Assembly: GCA_036679605.1 (NCBI GenBank)
Contig: JAZDCZ010000253.1
Coordinates: 1 to 15,635, forward strand
From: Gemmatimonadota bacterium
Lineage (GTDB): Bacteria; Gemmatimonadota; Gemmatimonadetes; Gemmatimonadales; GWC2-71-9
Reading direction: 5' to 3'
DNA: 15,635 nucleotides
Numbering within the stretch: the first letter of the stretch is position 1; the number at the start of each line of letters is the position of its first letter. The position numbers were made by a program, and so were the translations under genes. Below, in pieces: positions 12,224 through 15,635 of this stretch. The notes beneath the pieces were generated by a model that had not been told where the DNA came from, searched no databases, and saw nothing but the letters and a program-made list of their open reading frames with translations.

Positions 12224-12275
12224 GCCCCACTGGCTCCGTATCGATCGCAACGACCGAACGAACCGTTTTCGGGGC
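12224..12275 (-). promoter_or_regulatory. Long stem-loop in the rpoB leader, followed by a U-rich tract
   Basis: GCCCC...GGUUCGU-UCGGUCG-UUG-CGAUCGA-U-ACGGAGCC...GGGGC, then AAUUUUGUGUUGCUUUU. Confidence 0.5.
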
Positions 12276-12347
12276 TTATTGAACTCGCAAGTCTGTTGAT
12301 ACTCGTCGATGCATACCACCTCGGTGGAACAAGACCAGAAACGCTTC

Positions 12348-12368
12348 GCCCGGCGCCACGCGCCGGGC
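12348..12368 (-). terminator. GC-rich hairpin after rplL (partial terminator or attenuator)
   Basis: Perfect 9-bp stem GCCCGGCGC-GUG-GCGCCGGGC, 12 nt after the rplL stop. The U-tract is weak and displaced (GAAGCGUUUCUGGUCUU). Confidence 0.5.
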
Positions 12369-12380
12369 TATCACCTGGCC

Positions 12381-12776
12381 CTACTTCAGCTCGACAGTAG
12401 CACCTTGCTCCTCAAGCTTTTGCTTGATGGCCTCGGCTTCATCCTTCCCGATGTCCTCTTTGATATTACTGGGCGCCGAATCTACCAGGTCCTTGGCCTC
12501 CTTCAAGCCCAGCGAAGTGACTTCGCGCACGGCTTTGATGACCTGGATTTTCTTGGCGCCGATTTCTTTCAACACAACCGCAAACTCCGTCTGCTCGGTG
12601 GCACCCGCATCTGCCCCCGCATCTCCTGCAGCACCCGGTGCGGCTGCGGCCGGCGCAGCGGCCACAGTAACGTTGAACTTCTCTTTGAACGCCTCAATTA
12701 GATCGGCCAAATCGATGACCGACATGCTCCCAATGGCGTCCAGGATCTCGTCTTTACTAAGGGTCTTTGTTGCCAT
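12381..12776 (-). CDS. rplL: 50S ribosomal protein L7/L12 (bL12)
   Basis: 131 aa with Ala-rich hinge, [11 protein letters not shown] and [10 protein letters not shown]. Confidence 0.99.
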   Translation of the reverse strand: MATKTLSKDEILDAIGSMSVIDLADLIEAFKEKFNVTVAAAPAAAAPGAAGDAGADAGATEQTEFAVVLKEIGAKKIQVIKAVREVTSLGLKEAKDLVDSAPSNIKEDIGKDEAEAIKQKLEEQGATVELK

Positions 12777-12788
12777 CTCTTCTCTCTC

Positions 12789-13325
12789 TTAGGCCTGGGG
12801 TTCGGCTGTGGCGCGTTGCGCACGGAGCGCATCCAAAACGCCAATCATCTCATACAAAATTCCGTTGAGCACACCTGCCAGTCCCTGTAAGGGGGACTGC
12901 AAAACTCCAACTGCTTGCCCAAGGAGCTGTTCTCGCGACGGTAAGCGCGCAAGCTTCGCGACATCCTCGCTCGATACCGGCTGCCCGTCGAGCAGCCCCG
13001 CCTTCAAGGTCAGCCCCTCATGCTCCTTTTGAAACTCCTTCAGTACCTTGGCCGCGGCGACCGGATCTTCACCCGGGAAAACTATTGCGGTAGGACCAAC
13101 CAGAAGCTCGGCACCAAACACCGTTACCGATGCAGCTTCTAGTGCTCTGAGAGCAAGCGTGTTCTTCACAACCACATACTCGCCGCCGGCAGCCCGCAAC
13201 TCCCGACGCAACTGCGTCATCGACCCTACTCCTACTTCTGTAAAGCCGGTGAGATACAAATTGGTCGCTTCCGACAACTTTTTCGTCAGCCGGTTAACGA
13301 CCTCGCTCTTATCTGTACGATTCAT
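12789..13325 (-). CDS. rplJ: 50S ribosomal protein L10 (uL10)
   Basis: 178 aa with [29 protein letters not shown]. Lies between rplA and rplL. Confidence 0.98.
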   Translation of the reverse strand: MNRTDKSEVVNRLTKKLSEATNLYLTGFTEVGVGSMTQLRRELRAAGGEYVVVKNTLALRALEAASVTVFGAELLVGPTAIVFPGEDPVAAAKVLKEFQKEHEGLTLKAGLLDGQPVSSEDVAKLARLPSREQLLGQAVGVLQSPLQGLAGVLNGILYEMIGVLDALRAQRATAEPQA

Positions 13326-14011
13326 CGATAGCCTGCCGTATCTATGCGAACTCCAGGACCCATCGTGCTGGAAACTGTAACCGACTTGACGTAGGTACCT
13401 TTCGCGGCGGTCGGCTTGGCTCTCACCACCGAATCCATAAACGCACTCAAGTTCTCCCGCAGCTGATCTTCGGTAAACGATACCTTACCCACTGGGGCAT
13501 GTAGGTTACCGGTCTTGTCCACGCGAAACTCTATCTTTCCACCCTTGACGTCCCTGACGGCCTTCCCGACATCCGTTGTTACGGTACCCGATTTCGGATT
13601 CGGCATGAGACCACGTGGACCCAATATTCTTCCTAGTTGTCCCACTTTCGACATCAAATCAGGAGTGGCAATAACCACATCGAACTCAAACCAACCTCCC
13701 TTGATCTTGTCCACAAACTCTTCGCCCACGAAGTCGGCGCTGGCATCCTCGGCCTCCTTGGCCTGGTCACCCTGGGCGACTACCAGTACCCTTACAGTCT
13801 TACCCGTACCATGCGGCAGCACCACGGTCCCTCTGACAATTTGGTCTGCATGTCTGGGATCAACTCCCAAATTGACCGAGACTTCCACCGTTTCGTCGAA
13901 CTTTGCAAACGCCGAGGACTTCACGACATCCAAAGCAGAATCTGGATCGTAGAATCGTGTGCGATCGACTTTGGCCGCAGCTTCTGCGTACTTTCTGCCC
14001 TCTCTGCCCAT
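13322..14011 (-). CDS. rplA: 50S ribosomal protein L1 (uL1)
   Basis: 229 aa with [40 protein letters not shown]. Confidence 0.99.
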   Translation of the reverse strand: MGREGRKYAEAAAKVDRTRFYDPDSALDVVKSSAFAKFDETVEVSVNLGVDPRHADQIVRGTVVLPHGTGKTVRVLVVAQGDQAKEAEDASADFVGEEFVDKIKGGWFEFDVVIATPDLMSKVGQLGRILGPRGLMPNPKSGTVTTDVGKAVRDVKGGKIEFRVDKTGNLHAPVGKVSFTEDQLRENLSAFMDSVVRAKPTAAKGTYVKSVTVSSTMGPGVRIDTAGYR

Positions 14012-14439
14012 CAGCCTTCTACCTCTAGACCCATCGATCGAGCCGTACCTGCAATGATCTTTGCAGCAGCGTCCAAGTCGCCTGCGTTGAGGTCCGGCAT
14101 CTTCACTTCCGCGATTTTGCGCAGCTGGTCGCGGGAAACTTTGCCGACTTTTAGGCGATTAGACGTCGGAGAACCCTTTTCTATTCCAGCTTCCTTGCGC
14201 AACAAGGCAGAGGCCGGTGGTGTCTTCGTTATGAAGGAAAACGTACGGTCGTGATAGATCGAGATTTCTACCGGTATGATTGTTCCGGCTTGACTCTGCG
14301 TCTTTGCGTTGTACTGCTTGCAGAAGTCCATGATGTTGACACCATGGGGTCCTAGAGCGGTGCCGACCGGAGGTGCCGGTGTAGCCTGCCCCGCCGTAAT
14401 CTGCAGCTTGACTAATGCCACTACTCTTTTTTTCGCCAT
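14011..14439 (-). CDS. rplK: 50S ribosomal protein L11 (uL11)
   Basis: 142 aa with [31 protein letters not shown] Shine-Dalgarno upstream. Confidence 0.99.
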   Translation of the reverse strand: MAKKRVVALVKLQITAGQATPAPPVGTALGPHGVNIMDFCKQYNAKTQSQAGTIIPVEISIYHDRTFSFITKTPPASALLRKEAGIEKGSPTSNRLKVGKVSRDQLRKIAEVKMPDLNAGDLDAAAKIIAGTARSMGLEVEG

Positions 14440-14454
14440 TCTACTCCTCTTTGC

Positions 14455-14500
14455 GCCGGAATCAAATCCCAGCTCCCACTTATCCCGTGGTCAGGCCAGA
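14455..14500 (-). promoter_or_regulatory. Putative L1-binding translational operator in the nusG-rplK spacer
   Basis: Contains GUGGGAG and ACCAC, the two strands seen in the 23S rRNA L1 site. Can fold as UCUGGC-CUGA-CCAC(GGGAUAA)GUGG-GA-GCUGGG. Confidence 0.4.
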
Positions 14501-14502
14501 CG

Positions 14503-15045
14503 CTACTGCGCCTTCAGCTGCAAATAATCCAACTCCACTGTGGTCGGGCGGCCAAACAAACTAACTGACACTCTCACCTTACCCTTATCGTGAATGACCT
14601 CTTCAACGGTGCCGCTGAACTGTGAAAAAGGTCCGTCCGCAATCTCCACGACCTGCCCTACCAAGAACGGAATATCTTCCTTGGGCTCCTTCTCATCACT
14701 TTCATCCTCAACACCCAGCAACCGGTTTACTTCGTCCTGCCTCAGCGGCTGAGGTGTCCACCCCTGTCCGACAAACTTGATTACGCCCTGGATGTTGTTG
14801 ATGGCGTGCAGCGTCTCCTGATTCATCACCATCTCCACCAGCACGTATCCTGGAAAAACCTTCCGGTCTACAGTGACCTTTTTCCCATTCTTGATCTCGA
14901 CAACCTGCTGAATCGGTACCAGCGCCTGCCGGATCTGTCGCTCGTCCTCGGGAGTCCGATCCGACTGGATGTGTCGATCGATCAGAGATCGCACCTTATT
15001 CTCGTGACCCGACGTCGTCTGCACTGCAAACCATTTCAAGTCCAT
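14503..15045 (-). CDS. nusG: Transcription termination/antitermination factor NusG
   Basis: Likely start MDLKWFAVQTTSGHENKV (ATG at 15045). NGN domain FPGYVLVEM and KOW domain GQVVEIADGPF...SLFGRPT. 180 aa. Confidence 0.98.
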   Translation of the reverse strand: MDLKWFAVQTTSGHENKVRSLIDRHIQSDRTPEDERQIRQALVPIQQVVEIKNGKKVTVDRKVFPGYVLVEMVMNQETLHAINNIQGVIKFVGQGWTPQPLRQDEVNRLLGVEDESDEKEPKEDIPFLVGQVVEIADGPFSQFSGTVEEVIHDKGKVRVSVSLFGRPTTVELDYLQLKAQ

Positions 15046-15056
15046 CGCGGTCTCTA

Positions 15057-15341
15057 TCACCGGCTCAATACCCGTCCAAGCCAATCAATCAGCAGTTTCG
15101 AAAACAGCAAATCCATCAAACCTATCACCGCACCCACTATCAGTATGATGAATAGTATGACCGTCGTCGACTTACGAAGATCATCCCATGTCGGCCACGA
15201 AATTTTGTGGATCTCGGACCTTACATCTTGTACGTAGGTAGCCGACCTTTGTGCCAAGGCCACCAAAGGATTTCTCCAGACCACAATGGCGCCACCAACG
15301 CCCACAACTGCCACTCCTCCAATCACCAGGGCTAGATCCAC
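15057..15341 (-). CDS. secE: Preprotein translocase subunit SecE
   Basis: VRSEIHKISWPTWDDL signature followed by a hydrophobic TM segment. Likely GTG start overlaps the rpmG stop (TAGTG), with AAGGA upstream. 94 aa; start is less certain than the identity. Confidence 0.93.
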   Translation of the reverse strand: MDLALVIGGVAVVGVGGAIVVWRNPLVALAQRSATYVQDVRSEIHKISWPTWDDLRKSTTVILFIILIVGAVIGLMDLLFSKLLIDWLGRVLSR

Positions 15342-15493
15342 TACTTCGTTTCCTTGTGACTGCGGTGCGCTCTGCATCGGGGGCAAAATTTCCGCCGCTC
15401 GACACGTTCCGGATGCGTCCGCTTGTTTTTTGTGCAGGAGTAGTTCCGACTTTTGCAGTCAGTACACTCCAAGATGATCTTGTCGCGTGCCAT
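15341..15493 (-). CDS. rpmG: 50S ribosomal protein L33 (bL33), Zn-ribbon form
   Basis: Hand translation [50 protein letters not shown] (50 aa). Below the ORF-track cutoff. Confidence 0.98.
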   Translation of the reverse strand: MARDKIILECTDCKSRNYSCTKNKRTHPERVERRKFCPRCRAHRSHKETK

Positions 15494-15524
15494 TCAATTT
15501 CTCGGCGCCGACCTTCGCGCTGCT

Positions 15525-15635
15525 CTATTCCAGTATTTTGGTTACGACTCCGGCACCGACGGTGCGGCCACCCTCACGGATAGCAAAACGCAACCCGTCT
15601 TCCATCGCTATCGGAGATATCAACTCTATCGTCAT
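15525..15635 (-). CDS. tuf: Elongation factor Tu, 3' fragment (second copy, truncated by window end)
   Basis: Hand translation ...[36 protein letters not shown], the canonical EF-Tu C-terminus. Confidence 0.99.
   Translation of the reverse strand: MTIELISPIAMEDGLRFAIREGGRTVGAGVVTKILE

Noticed and set aside
12777..12788. GA-only run (GAGAGAGAAGAG) between rplJ and rplL
   Set aside because: Too short to call a microsatellite, and adequately explained as a purine-rich, unstructured ribosome-binding region.
15255..15340. Decayed tRNA-Trp as the origin of the SecE N-terminal extension
   Set aside because: No T-loop GTTCGA, no anticodon arm with CCA and no cloverleaf pairing visible on either strand.
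15046..15386. ORF-track starts for nusG (15084) and secE (15386)
   Set aside because: They extend into the upstream genes. Starts at 15045 and 15341 fit homologous N-termini and gene packing better.
15502..15511. Palindrome TCGGCGCCGA in the tuf-rpmG spacer
   Set aside because: A short GC-rich palindrome with no loop, U-tract or promoter context.

Overview
Core housekeeping region, all on the minus strand: the fused rif/str supercluster tuf(3' end)-rpmG-secE-nusG-rplK-rplA-rplJ-rplL-rpoB-rpoC-rpsL-rpsG-fusA-tuf(5' end). Each end of the window holds exactly 111 nt of a tuf copy, so it is probably a whole contig broken at the duplicated EF-Tu gene. rpmG and both tuf fragments are missing from the ORF track. 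The insertions in RpoB and RpoC suggest Gemmatimonadota, from my recollection and not from a search. I found no mobile element, CRISPR array, tRNA or intein, and no convincing new protein-coding system. The best candidate for something undescribed is the ~200-nt rpsG-fusA spacer: tandem hairpins, a terminator-like stem with a U-tract, and a 13-codon Arg-rich upstream ORF ending 7 nt before a fusA GTG start, which could be an EF-G attenuator or leader. Also notable: a 162-aa RpoB insertion, an apparently permuted L1-binding site before rplK, no spacer for the usual L10 leader, S7 operator or tRNA-Trp, and a three-segment L10 tail that predicts six L12 copies.
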